A DNA stretch of 64,000 nucleotides from Nitrospira sp. (GTDB taxonomy: Bacteria > Nitrospirota > Nitrospiria > Nitrospirales > Nitrospiraceae), in contig AP038806.1 of NCBI GenBank assembly GCA_047150005.1, positions 640,001 to 704,000 of the forward strand, read 5' to 3'. The notes beneath the pieces are model-generated. The model did no database searches, had not been told where the DNA came from, and saw only the letters and a program-made list of their open reading frames with translations. Below, piece by piece: positions 1 to 9,411 of this stretch. Positions within the stretch are counted from its first letter, which is position 1; every line of letters starts with the position of its first letter. A program made the translations under genes and the position numbers.

Positions 1-13
1 TCGATGCTTAAGC

Positions 14-346
14 CTAAGACTCTTTCTCGTCGTCATCGGCGCGCAACCGCGCAATGTGTTCCCGCTGAATCTTGACCTTGGTGTTGTCGGCAATTTGCAG
101 CGTTACAGTCTCCTTGCCCAGATTCGCCACGACTCCCCAGACGCCGGAGGACGTGATGACCCGGTCGCCCTTCTTCAGGGCCTCCAACATGGCTCGTTGC
201 TGCTTCTGCTTTTTCTGCTGCGGCAACACCAGCAGGAAATAAAAGATGACGAACACCAACACGAACGGGACGAGCGACAAGATGGTGCTCGCGCCGCTCC
301 CCCCTCCGGCGGTCCCTTGGGCCCATGCGACAGATGCCATCAACAT
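14..346 (-). CDS. yajC: Preprotein translocase subunit YajC
   Basis: TM segment FVIFYFLLVLPQQK and motif LKKGDRVITSSGVWG. Lies downstream of tgt. Start trimmed to ATG at 346 (AGGAG upstream). Confidence 0.93.
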   Translation of the reverse strand: MLMASVAWAQGTAGGGSGASTILSLVPFVLVFVIFYFLLVLPQQKKQKQQRAMLEALKKGDRVITSSGVWGVVANLGKETVTLQIADNTKVKIQREHIARLRADDDEKES

Positions 347-387
347 AGACGAACCTGCTCCTCTCTGCAGCGAGACCTCCCGGTCTT

Positions 388-1533
388 CTAGTCGCCGTTG
401 GCCTCCGCCGTGCCGACGAATTCCGAGGAGGCTTCTGCTCTCATACGATAAAACGTGTCCCGAAAATCCGTGAACGTTCCATTGGCGATGGACGCGCGCA
501 TCCGGCGCATGAAACTGGAAAAATACCATAAGTTATGCATCGTATTGAGACGGGAGGCCAACATCTCTTTGACGTTGTACAGATGATGCAGATAGGCGCG
601 TGAATATCGCACGCAGACCGGACAGGCACAGTTCGGATCGATCGGCCGCTCATCCCGTGCGTATCTGGCTTGCTTAATTGATACGCGCCCGAACTCGGTG
701 AACAGCCACCCGGTCCTTCCATGACGTGACGGAATGACGCAATCGAACAGATCGATGCCGCGCGCCACCCCTTCGATGAGATTTTCCGGCATGCCGACTC
801 CCATCAAGTAGCGAGGCTTCCCGGAGGGAAGCTCGGGAGCCGATATGTCCAACATCCGATACATCTCCTCCTTGGTTTCACCGACGGACAGCCCTCCGAT
901 GGCATAGCCGTCGAAACCGAGCGCGACAATCTCACGCGCAGACTTCCGGCGAAGTTCGGAATCCAATCCTCCTTGGACGATTCCGAAGAGGGCCTGGTCC
1001 GTTCTCCGTCGACTGTGCTGACATCGCTCCGCCCACAGCGTGGTCCGTCGTACCGAGTCCGTCAACGTCTCTCGGCCGGCCGGCAACGCCACACACTGAT
1101 CAAAGGCCATGATGATGTCCGCTCCAAGATCCTCTTGGATTTCAATGGCTGATTCCGGGGTGATGACATGTGGCGACCCGTCCAGATGCGACCGAAAGGT
1201 CACGCCGTCGTCTGTGATCCGGCACAGCCCGGCCAAGCTGAAGATCTGAAAACCGCCGCTGTCGGTCAAAATGGCTCCGGGCCAGCCGGTGAACCGGTGC
1301 AACCCGCCGAGATCCGAAATCACTTTGTGTCCGGGCCGCAGGTACAGATGGTAGGCGTTGTTCAGAAACAAATGAAACCCCAATTGATGCAATTCTTGAG
1401 GATCGATCCCCTTGACCGGCCCCAACGTACCGACCGGCATGAAGGCAGGCGTCTCGATTCGGGCATGTGGAGTCGTCAGCATGCCCAACCTTGCATGCCC
1501 ACCCCGAGCTGTCTGTATCAGTGTGAATTCCAT
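388..1533 (-). CDS. tgt: tRNA-guanine transglycosylase
   Basis: Motifs TPAFMPVGT, LTDSGGFQ, GIVQGG, YLMGVG, DLFDCV and the Zn site CACPVC. Confidence 0.97.
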   Translation of the reverse strand: MEFTLIQTARGGHARLGMLTTPHARIETPAFMPVGTLGPVKGIDPQELHQLGFHLFLNNAYHLYLRPGHKVISDLGGLHRFTGWPGAILTDSGGFQIFSLAGLCRITDDGVTFRSHLDGSPHVITPESAIEIQEDLGADIIMAFDQCVALPAGRETLTDSVRRTTLWAERCQHSRRRTDQALFGIVQGGLDSELRRKSAREIVALGFDGYAIGGLSVGETKEEMYRMLDISAPELPSGKPRYLMGVGMPENLIEGVARGIDLFDCVIPSRHGRTGWLFTEFGRVSIKQARYARDERPIDPNCACPVCVRYSRAYLHHLYNVKEMLASRLNTMHNLWYFSSFMRRMRASIANGTFTDFRDTFYRMRAEASSEFVGTAEANGD

Positions 1534-1557
1534 GCTGTTGCCGGCCTGGCTCTCTAT

Positions 1558-3312
1558 TTACATATGGTCCGGCGCGGAGATTCCAAGCAGTGACAGGCCG
1601 TTCCTGAGCACTTGCTGGACGCCGGCCATCAATGCCAGGCGCGCGGCTGTCCGTTCGGAGTCGACGGTCTCCCGTTGTATTTCTTCCTCGGACGCCACGG
1701 CTCCGGATTCGCCGTCCACACCCTCTTTGTCGACGGCCGGTGGCAGAATTCGATGCTTGTTATAGAACCCGTGAAGCAATCCCGCCAGCTGCTGCAGATA
1801 ATAGGTGAGCCGATGGGGTTCGTATGATAGGGCACTGGCGTGAACGACGGAAGGAAACGCCGAGAGCTTGCGAATCAAAGCAAGCTCGTCCGGATCGGTC
1901 AGCATTCCCAAGTCGGTCCGGCCGGAAAGGGGACGGTCGATACCGCGCGACTTGGATACCCGCCAGAGGCTGGAGATTCTGGCATGAGCATATTGCACGT
2001 AGTAAACGGGATTCTCGGCTGACCGTTGCTTGGCCAGTTCCAGATCGAAATCGAGATGAGTCTTGGAATCTCGCATGAGGAAATAGAACTTCGCCGCATC
2101 GGCTCCCACTTCATCGATGACATCCCGAAGGGTGATGAACTCACCGGTGCGCTTCGACATCTTCACTTCCACACCGCCACGCAGAAGCTTGACGAGCTGC
2201 ACGAGGACGACTTGGAGTCGCTCCTTCGGATGCCCATAGACCTGCATCACGGCCTGCATGCGAGGAATGTACCCATGGTGGTCCGCCCCCCACACATCGA
2301 TCAACAAATCATATCCTCGCTGCAGCTTGTCCCAATGATAGGCGATGTCGGATGCGAGATAGGTATACTCTCCGTCTTGTTTCTTGACGACACGGTCCTT
2401 CTCGTCCCCGAATCGGGAGGATCGAAACCACCAGGCGCCGTCTTGCTCGAACAGTAGTTGTCGAGACTTCAGGTCATCCAACACCCGCTCAACGGCATTG
2501 GAGGATAGGAGAGAGGCTTCACTGAACCACGACTGGAATTCGATACCGAACGAGCGGAGATCCTGGCGAATCAGGTTCAGCAGATCCTCGAGCGCGAAGC
2601 GGCGGCATTGCGTCTCCAAGTCATCGACGCCCTGACCTCCGTCGGAGGATTCCCGACGCTGCCGCAGCCGCTCCGCCACGGCGGTGATATAGGCACCATG
2701 GTACCCGTCGACCGGGAAGTCCGCTGGACGGCCGCTCAATTCTTGATAGCGGGCATAGACCGATTCGCCCAGGAGCTTTGTCTGACGACCCGCATCGTTG
2801 ATGTAGTATTCACTGACGACATCGTACCCGACGGCATCCAGCAAATTAGCAACGGCCTGCCCCACCGCCGCTCCGCGACCATGTCCGACGTGCAAGGGAC
2901 CGGTCGGGTTCGCACTCACATACTCGATGAGGATGCGTCGCCTGCCGCCTGAATTGCTTCGGCCATAGCCGTCACCCTGAGCTTCAATCTCGCGTAATAC
3001 CTCCTGCCAAACCGCCGGCTTCACCGTGAGGTTGAGAAAACCCGGCTGGACGATTTCGACACGATCAAATAGCCGGTCGTCCTGCGCCAATTCTTCAACA
3101 ATGATCCGGGCGATATCGTTCGGGCTTCTTTGTTCCGAAGAGGCCAGCGTCAGAGCCACGGTCGAAGCGAGATCCCCCCACTCCGGACGCTTGGGAGCAT
3201 CCAGGCTTAGAGCGGGCCATGATTCCGTCTTTAGCAGCCCTTTTTTCTTCGCCCCGTTCAGGGCGCCAAGCAACGCGCTGGCGACTTTGTGCAGCACCAC
3301 ACCCTGAGACAC
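1558..3312 (-). CDS. argS: Arginine--tRNA ligase
   Basis: SANPTGPLHVGHGR (HIGH motif), KMSKRTG, YVQYAHARI. GTG start with AGGAG RBS. Confidence 0.97.
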   Translation of the reverse strand: MSQGVVLHKVASALLGALNGAKKKGLLKTESWPALSLDAPKRPEWGDLASTVALTLASSEQRSPNDIARIIVEELAQDDRLFDRVEIVQPGFLNLTVKPAVWQEVLREIEAQGDGYGRSNSGGRRRILIEYVSANPTGPLHVGHGRGAAVGQAVANLLDAVGYDVVSEYYINDAGRQTKLLGESVYARYQELSGRPADFPVDGYHGAYITAVAERLRQRRESSDGGQGVDDLETQCRRFALEDLLNLIRQDLRSFGIEFQSWFSEASLLSSNAVERVLDDLKSRQLLFEQDGAWWFRSSRFGDEKDRVVKKQDGEYTYLASDIAYHWDKLQRGYDLLIDVWGADHHGYIPRMQAVMQVYGHPKERLQVVLVQLVKLLRGGVEVKMSKRTGEFITLRDVIDEVGADAAKFYFLMRDSKTHLDFDLELAKQRSAENPVYYVQYAHARISSLWRVSKSRGIDRPLSGRTDLGMLTDPDELALIRKLSAFPSVVHASALSYEPHRLTYYLQQLAGLLHGFYNKHRILPPAVDKEGVDGESGAVASEEEIQRETVDSERTAARLALMAGVQQVLRNGLSLLGISAPDHM

Positions 3313-3365
3313 CTAATCACTCCTAAGTCCTTAGCATTGAAAGAGAAAATTAGCCTGTCACTCTA

Positions 3366-4403
3366 TCACACGACCTGTTCGGAGACAAGGCGCTTCGTGA
3401 GGATTTTCGAGGGGTTGCGGCGAGCCAGCCGAGACCGACAGATATCCAATAGGGTACGTGGCGAGATGCCGAGGCAGGGGCGTTCGACACAGCAGCGAAC
3501 TGCGTCCCAATTAGGACATCGACAGGCATCGGCCTTCACAGCAGTCACATGAGTCCCCAGTGGGGACCAGCGTTCCGTCATGGTGGGACCGAAGAGGGCT
3601 ATCGTTTCCACTCCGAGCGATGCCGACAGATGGCTGACTCCGGAATCATGTCCCACGAAGAGATCGGCCACCGCAAGGACGCCGGCCAGCAATCCCAGAT
3701 TTAGATCCTGCAATACGATGATCCGTTTCTCTAATCGCCGAACAACTTCGACGACCGGTATGTGATCGGCCGGACCCTCCACCAAGGCAGGGCTCCATCC
3801 ATCCTGTCTCAGACCGTCAATCACCTCGGCAAGTATCTCCGGCTTGGCGCACTTAAACGGACTCCCGCTTCCGGGATGGAGCAGAATGATCTCTCGATCT
3901 GGATCGATGCCGGTCTCGCGAAACCGTGCGCGCCCAAGTTCAAGGAGACGATGGGGCAACAGCAGCGGACCAGGCTGCGAGTACTCTTTCGACGCCTCGC
4001 CCAACGCATCCAGAAATCGATCGCTCTGATGGACCGAAGACAGCAGATTGGAAAAGGGCGAGCAGACAGTGACTTTCCCTTGTACGTATCTCCTGAGAAC
4101 CCCTTCAAGGATCCCTCTTTCATCGCCGACCCAGGCGACGGCCAGATCGCATCTCGTCAACCAATCCCAGATCTCGCTTCCCGCCTCGACGAAGCCGCCG
4201 AACAGTTGGCCGAAACTGAATCCCCGTGCCGACATCCATCCATCGATCACGTCACAATCTTTCAGCAGTTCCCCGATCTCGTCGTTGGCACAGAGTAAGA
4301 ACTCATGACCGGGGAATTTTCTTCGGAGGAAGCCAATGGCCGGCAAGGCGAGCAGCACGTCCCCCAAGGCCCCCGGATGAATCATGACGACGGTTCGTAT
4401 CAC
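3366..4403 (-). CDS. Glycosyltransferase family 9 (heptosyltransferase-like)
   Basis: Motifs GALGDVLL, HPGSG, GHDSGVSHLSA and ALFGPT. Confidence 0.85.
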   Translation of the reverse strand: MIRTVVMIHPGALGDVLLALPAIGFLRRKFPGHEFLLCANDEIGELLKDCDVIDGWMSARGFSFGQLFGGFVEAGSEIWDWLTRCDLAVAWVGDERGILEGVLRRYVQGKVTVCSPFSNLLSSVHQSDRFLDALGEASKEYSQPGPLLLPHRLLELGRARFRETGIDPDREIILLHPGSGSPFKCAKPEILAEVIDGLRQDGWSPALVEGPADHIPVVEVVRRLEKRIIVLQDLNLGLLAGVLAVADLFVGHDSGVSHLSASLGVETIALFGPTMTERWSPLGTHVTAVKADACRCPNWDAVRCCVERPCLGISPRTLLDICRSRLARRNPSKILTKRLVSEQVV

Positions 4404-5029
4404 GGTTGGGCAGGACGATTCCGAAGTCGGCCGTCTGCGAAGATCGACCGGGCCGATTCAAGATCGGCCGGTGTGTTGATGTTTACAAAAGCTCGCCCGT
4501 CCGGGTCGATCAACTTCAAGTCCTCCGCAGTGACGACATGGGACTTCAGTACCGGGTCTTCGACCAGCCTGTGAATCCGCAGGTCCTTCGCCGCCATCAG
4601 GGATTCCATGACCGGCAGGCACCGCCGCCCGTACAGCGCATGCATGGGATGCCACCCATTGTCCAGTTTCGCCATCACGATGTCCGCCTCGCCCTTGAGA
4701 TCAACAAAGTATCGGACGGTCTCCTGATTAAAAAAGGGCATGTCGCAAGCGACCACGAAAATCCGGCTCGTTCGCGCACGTTTCAATCCCGTATAAAGTC
4801 CTCCGAGACTTCCGCAATCAGCCACGAGATCACGGGCGACCGGAACGACGGACGGAAGTTCGGGGCTGTCTTGCGCAATCACGATCATGACGTCCTGAAA
4901 GACCGAACGGAGGATGTCGAGGCTTCGCTCCAGGAGGGTCCGTGTACCGATCTCGACAAACCGCTTGTCCTCTCCCATTCGCCGGCTTTTTCCGCCGGCG
5001 AGCAGGATACCCGTGACCTCGGTGATCAT
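4400..5029 (-). CDS. mobA: Molybdenum cofactor guanylyltransferase
   Basis: Motifs LAGGKSRRMGEDK, VACDMPF and NINTPADL. Confidence 0.92.
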   Translation of the reverse strand: MITEVTGILLAGGKSRRMGEDKRFVEIGTRTLLERSLDILRSVFQDVMIVIAQDSPELPSVVPVARDLVADCGSLGGLYTGLKRARTSRIFVVACDMPFFNQETVRYFVDLKGEADIVMAKLDNGWHPMHALYGRRCLPVMESLMAAKDLRIHRLVEDPVLKSHVVTAEDLKLIDPDGRAFVNINTPADLESARSIFADGRLRNRPAQP

Positions 5030-5052
5030 TATGAATTCAGCATTGCAGACTG

Positions 5053-5088
5053 AAAAACAAAGAGGGGGTGGGTTTCCCCACCCCCTCT
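5053..5088 (-). terminator. Rho-independent terminator ending the redox cluster
   Basis: Minus strand AGAGGGGGTGGG-GAAA-CCCACCCCCTCT followed by TTGTTTTT. Confidence 0.85.
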
Positions 5089-5114
5089 AAACGTTGAACC
5101 TCTCTCTGCGGCGA

Positions 5115-6905
5115 TTAGAGGGTCTTCCCCTTCTTCTTATTCGCCCGTCGGGTCATGACCCACCCTTCCAGCAGCACAATACCAAACGCAATGACTGCCG
5201 GATAGATGTACGTCTCGCGGGGAATCGGCGGATTCAAGAACGTGTAGTAGAAGGCCGACACGGCCATCTTTCGTCCTGCATCACCGTTGTGCCCGTCCCA
5301 GGCAAAGAACACCGTGGGAACATATTGGCCGACTTCAAAGAACGTGTCCTCGTCATAATCCTGATCCTTCTTGTTCCCCAACGGACGTTGGATCATGACG
5401 TACCACCGACCATCCTTCCACTCAGCCTTGAGGACCTTGAGACTCTCCTCATAGGTGTCGCGCTCTTCAAAGTCTTTGTCCCATCCGGTGCCCTTGAATG
5501 CCCGGATAGATCCATCTGCTTCCCACTTCACAATGTCGACCGGGAACTGCTCGCTGGTTCCGAACAGGTAGCGCGGCTTGATCGGAGCCGGCAATTCCTT
5601 CCACTTCACCGGGTGCTCAATTCCGATGGCATCGTTATACACTTTGTAATTATTCTGATTGGCCGCGATGGATCCTTCCTCGCCGGTCTTGGGATCCTGC
5701 TCCTTGATATCAATATTCACCTGCGTAGGTGCCCAAGGCAGTTTGCCTTCGGCAACACTCTTGGTCCGATCGTCCCACTCCACCAAATAGACGAGCGACT
5801 TGTCGTTATACAGAGCCCTTACCCAGATATCGTCGATGCGATTGACGAAATTTCTTGGTTTGTGGGTGATCTGTCCGCCCATCGCCACATATCGCCGAGG
5901 GGCCTTCTGCCACGCCTCATTCTGAAGATCGGCCGGAATCTCTCCTTCCACCAGATTCGCCGGCACAACGAAATTGATCTTCGGCTTGTCGGTCAACGGA
6001 TCGATCGGGAGCGGATTGCCTTCAACATCCCGCTCGCACAACGAATTCACAAAATTCGCAATGTCCCACCGCTCGTCGACCGTAGTGTTATCCGCGAACG
6101 ACGGCATCGGTGTTCCGTTGACCCCGGTCGAGAAGGTCCGGAAAATGTTCCTCACATTGTACGGGTCCTGCCGGCTACCGCGGAAATTCCAGCACTTATG
6201 CCAGTCGGCAGGCTGAATGGAAAATCCCCAGTCGTCTTTCAGATTGAACGCGTTCCCATCACCACGCCCTTCGGTACCGTGACACTCTATGCATTTCTTT
6301 TCGACGATGAGTTCGGAACCGCGCTTCAGACTCTCTTCATTGGCTGCTTTCGGCTTCATATCCGCCATCTGAAGAATCGACTGAGTCTCCGACTGCTTGT
6401 CCGTGAACTTCCGGTCCTTCACCAATTGGGTTGTGACGAAGGAGAGCACCTGAAGCCGCTGTTCCTCGGTCAGAATACCTTCCCACGAAGGCATGGCCGA
6501 ACCGGGTAACCCGTGCGTGACGGTCTCAAACAGGTCGTTTTGACCTGCTATCGGCTTCTTCGCGTCGAACAGAGGGAGCTCACCGCTCGCTGTATGACGG
6601 ATCTTAAAGGTACCTTGATTGAAATTGCGGGGACGAGGCCACAGGCGGTCGGCACCGGGGCCATCGCCCGCTCCATCGACACCATGGCACCACACACACT
6701 TTGTAAAGTACACCCGCTTCCCCGCTTCGATCATCTCGGCGGAGGGCTCAGGAGCGAGGTCTCCCTTCTTGAATCCCTCCGGCAACCCCTCGGCGCCGAC
6801 GAACGGAATGCCCATCTGCCCGGAGGCCAGGATGATGCCGAAGGCGGCAGCGGCGGCCACTCCTACCTTCTGACTTGCGCTCTTTCTCATGTTTATCCTC
6901 TTCAT
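5115..6905 (-). CDS. Diheme cytochrome c fused to a DMSO-reductase type II heme-b (ethylbenzene dehydrogenase gamma-like) domain; candidate NXR gamma/membrane subunit
   Basis: Signal peptide, CVWCH and CIECH, C-terminal domain with VRALYND..EWDDRT and FFAWDGHNGDAGRK, C-terminal TM anchor. Confidence 0.78.
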   Translation of the reverse strand: MKRINMRKSASQKVGVAAAAAFGIILASGQMGIPFVGAEGLPEGFKKGDLAPEPSAEMIEAGKRVYFTKCVWCHGVDGAGDGPGADRLWPRPRNFNQGTFKIRHTASGELPLFDAKKPIAGQNDLFETVTHGLPGSAMPSWEGILTEEQRLQVLSFVTTQLVKDRKFTDKQSETQSILQMADMKPKAANEESLKRGSELIVEKKCIECHGTEGRGDGNAFNLKDDWGFSIQPADWHKCWNFRGSRQDPYNVRNIFRTFSTGVNGTPMPSFADNTTVDERWDIANFVNSLCERDVEGNPLPIDPLTDKPKINFVVPANLVEGEIPADLQNEAWQKAPRRYVAMGGQITHKPRNFVNRIDDIWVRALYNDKSLVYLVEWDDRTKSVAEGKLPWAPTQVNIDIKEQDPKTGEEGSIAANQNNYKVYNDAIGIEHPVKWKELPAPIKPRYLFGTSEQFPVDIVKWEADGSIRAFKGTGWDKDFEERDTYEESLKVLKAEWKDGRWYVMIQRPLGNKKDQDYDEDTFFEVGQYVPTVFFAWDGHNGDAGRKMAVSAFYYTFLNPPIPRETYIYPAVIAFGIVLLEGWVMTRRANKKKGKTL

Positions 6906-6939
6906 CTAAGTCCAGGTTGTCGAAAAAGCCTTCGGCGCA

Positions 6940-7977
6940 TTAATCCCATGTACGGGGATAGTAGCCGGTATGCCAATATTCGAAGAGAATGACCTTCCAG
7001 ATTTCGTCGACGGTCAGGTGCTGCTCCCAAGGCGGCATGACGGACGCCCAGGGAAAGCCTTCGTTCGGCAATCCGATTCCGCCTTTTGACACGCGCCAGA
7101 AAATAAAGGTCTCTTGGAGCTGGGCGATGGTGCCCGGATCTGTGAAGTTCGCTGGAATGGGATTGAAGGCAAAGGCATGGAGCCCACGGCCGTTCAGATT
7201 GTCACCGTGACAGAAGTGACAATTCTGAAAGAAAATCTCGCCGCCTTCACGGACGTACTTCAAGTAGCCTTGCGCGTTTTGGTCCCAAGGATTGGCGTTC
7301 GGCTTCATGAGCCGACCCATACCCTGTTCTACAATGTTTGCGTTGGTATATTCCTGATCGTATTTCCCTTCGGGATTGACCCGGTAAGGATTCTGCGAGG
7401 TCTGCAACACGTAGGTCTTGCCGTGTACCTTGGTGCTGGCCGGAGGAGCCGGATGCACGGTCCGAAGCTCGATCGGCTCTTCGGATTTTGGGACCATTGC
7501 ATTGTACGAAAACCCGCCGATCAGGATCGGCAGCAGAACCAGGTAGACGTAGCGCAATAGCTTGTTCGTGCCTGTCTGCGCGTCCATCACGTTCAAGATC
7601 GGCTGCTTGAATTTCTTCCAGTCCTCCTCGTTCGCCGATACCCACATGAACACCGCTACGAGAGACACGGTCCCGTACATCGCCCGCACGCTGAACGGAA
7701 TGGGCGGATACACCCGGAACTTCAGGTACAACAAAATGAACGCCCAGAATGCGATTCCCTGCCAGAACCGGGGGATGCCCATACCCATTGAACTGAGCAT
7801 ATAGCTTAATCCCGCAAAGCCGGCCACGAAGATCGCCAACTCCATGATCATCTGCATGGGCATGTAGCCCTCAACCAAGCGCACGGTGTTCGACGGGACA
7901 ACGTCGAAGATCATCCCGACCAGCAGGAGGAGTCCAACGACTCCAACCAGCGCACCGACGGACATCAAAGCTTTCAT
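6940..7977 (-). CDS. Membrane-bound monoheme cytochrome c
   Basis: Several N-terminal TM helices, CHFCH, distal MPPW. Confidence 0.85.
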   Translation of the reverse strand: MKALMSVGALVGVVGLLLLVGMIFDVVPSNTVRLVEGYMPMQMIMELAIFVAGFAGLSYMLSSMGMGIPRFWQGIAFWAFILLYLKFRVYPPIPFSVRAMYGTVSLVAVFMWVSANEEDWKKFKQPILNVMDAQTGTNKLLRYVYLVLLPILIGGFSYNAMVPKSEEPIELRTVHPAPPASTKVHGKTYVLQTSQNPYRVNPEGKYDQEYTNANIVEQGMGRLMKPNANPWDQNAQGYLKYVREGGEIFFQNCHFCHGDNLNGRGLHAFAFNPIPANFTDPGTIAQLQETFIFWRVSKGGIGLPNEGFPWASVMPPWEQHLTVDEIWKVILFEYWHTGYYPRTWD

Positions 7978-8019
7978 GGGTTAACTCCCTCTTAGTCTTC
8001 GAACGATAAACCGCAACAA

Positions 8020-9330
8020 TCAAGAAATCTTGGGTGGCGGTGCTCCCGCTTTCACCTGTGACAAGTAATCGACAATCTTCTTCAACGCCCCCGCGCTGAG
8101 TTTTTGGCCGAAAACCTTCGGCATCAGGTTGTCCGGGAATCCCTTCACCACGTAGGTGCTGGGCTCGACGATCGATTCCATGATGTACTCGGGGGTGCTG
8201 TGCGCAGCACCTTTGTAGGCAGGATCTTTGATTCTGGTCGGTGCGTTTGTCCCCTCTTCAAGCTTGGGTCCCTGAGCACCGGTCGCACCGGGTATACCTG
8301 GAATCGTATGACAGACGACACATTGCGCCTTGGCAAAAATCTGGTCCACTGGTTCGGACCCGTCGGCTAACAGCGCGCTGGCCGCCGCAGGCTTGTCTTC
8401 TTGCATCTTCGGACGCTCAGCTTCCGGAATGAACTTCTCATAGGACTTGGTGATTTCTTCGAACGCAGGCGCCTCACGCCCTTCGCGGACGTACAACCAC
8501 GTGTCCACCGCCGCCAGCTCAGGCAGGGAGAGCGATATTGGTGGCTTGTGAATCTTGGGCATCGGGCTTTCTTTGTCGTTCGTCCCCTTCACACCGTAAC
8601 CCGCAACAACATAGCAACTGGGGCATGCATGAGACTCAGCAATGTACTCCTGGCCGTTTTCCGCCGTCCCCGATCCGGGAAAAGCTTCCTTTTCCGCATA
8701 CTCGCGCTTCGAAGGATTGCCCTTGGAATACTTTGGATCTTCGAGCCGCTCTTTGCCCGCACGCTCCGGAAGACCGAGAAGGTTAGGCGCACGTTCACCC
8801 AGCATGCCCGCATGAAACGCATGACACAAAGGGCACTGTCCCTTACCGATAGCGCCCTGGACCTTGTTCTGGCCGATGCCTCCGAAGATAATCTTCTCAC
8901 CCTCGTCAGCCAACTGCTGAGGTGTCATCGAACTAAAGTCCAGCTTCTCTTCCTTGGGAGGAAATCCTCCCTCCACCTGAGGCAACCAGTTTCCGTACCC
9001 GGAGAGGAAGGCCGCGACGAAGAACATGAATCCACCGATCTTCAGCAACGCAGCAAGATTGGTGAAATACAAGGCCATCACAAACGTCGTCACCGTGATC
9101 ATGACGAGGGAGACCGGCAACAACCGATTTTCTCCGTAAAAATTGTTCTTGTAATTCGCGATCGCGATGAACATCAAAAACGCGGCGAGGATGCCGATAA
9201 ACGTCTTGAATACCGCCCGCTTCTTTGCCACGGGATCGGGGATGGAGACCTGGAAGTAAATGAGCAGCCCGACGAGAATGGCCAGGACCATCCACCCCAT
9301 CGAAAGGGCTTCGTTAATCAGATTACCCAC
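8020..9330 (-). CDS. Membrane-anchored diheme cytochrome c
   Basis: N-terminal TM helices, CPLCH and CVVCH. GTG start with GGAGG RBS. Confidence 0.85.
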   Translation of the reverse strand: MGNLINEALSMGWMVLAILVGLLIYFQVSIPDPVAKKRAVFKTFIGILAAFLMFIAIANYKNNFYGENRLLPVSLVMITVTTFVMALYFTNLAALLKIGGFMFFVAAFLSGYGNWLPQVEGGFPPKEEKLDFSSMTPQQLADEGEKIIFGGIGQNKVQGAIGKGQCPLCHAFHAGMLGERAPNLLGLPERAGKERLEDPKYSKGNPSKREYAEKEAFPGSGTAENGQEYIAESHACPSCYVVAGYGVKGTNDKESPMPKIHKPPISLSLPELAAVDTWLYVREGREAPAFEEITKSYEKFIPEAERPKMQEDKPAAASALLADGSEPVDQIFAKAQCVVCHTIPGIPGATGAQGPKLEEGTNAPTRIKDPAYKGAAHSTPEYIMESIVEPSTYVVKGFPDNLMPKVFGQKLSAGALKKIVDYLSQVKAGAPPPKIS

Positions 9331-9411
9331 AGTTGTAACCTCCTGCGGCTACGCCGGGGGGCAGCGGATGATGCACTGCCCCCCTCAGCGAGCCTAAACT
9401 GAGTAAGATGG

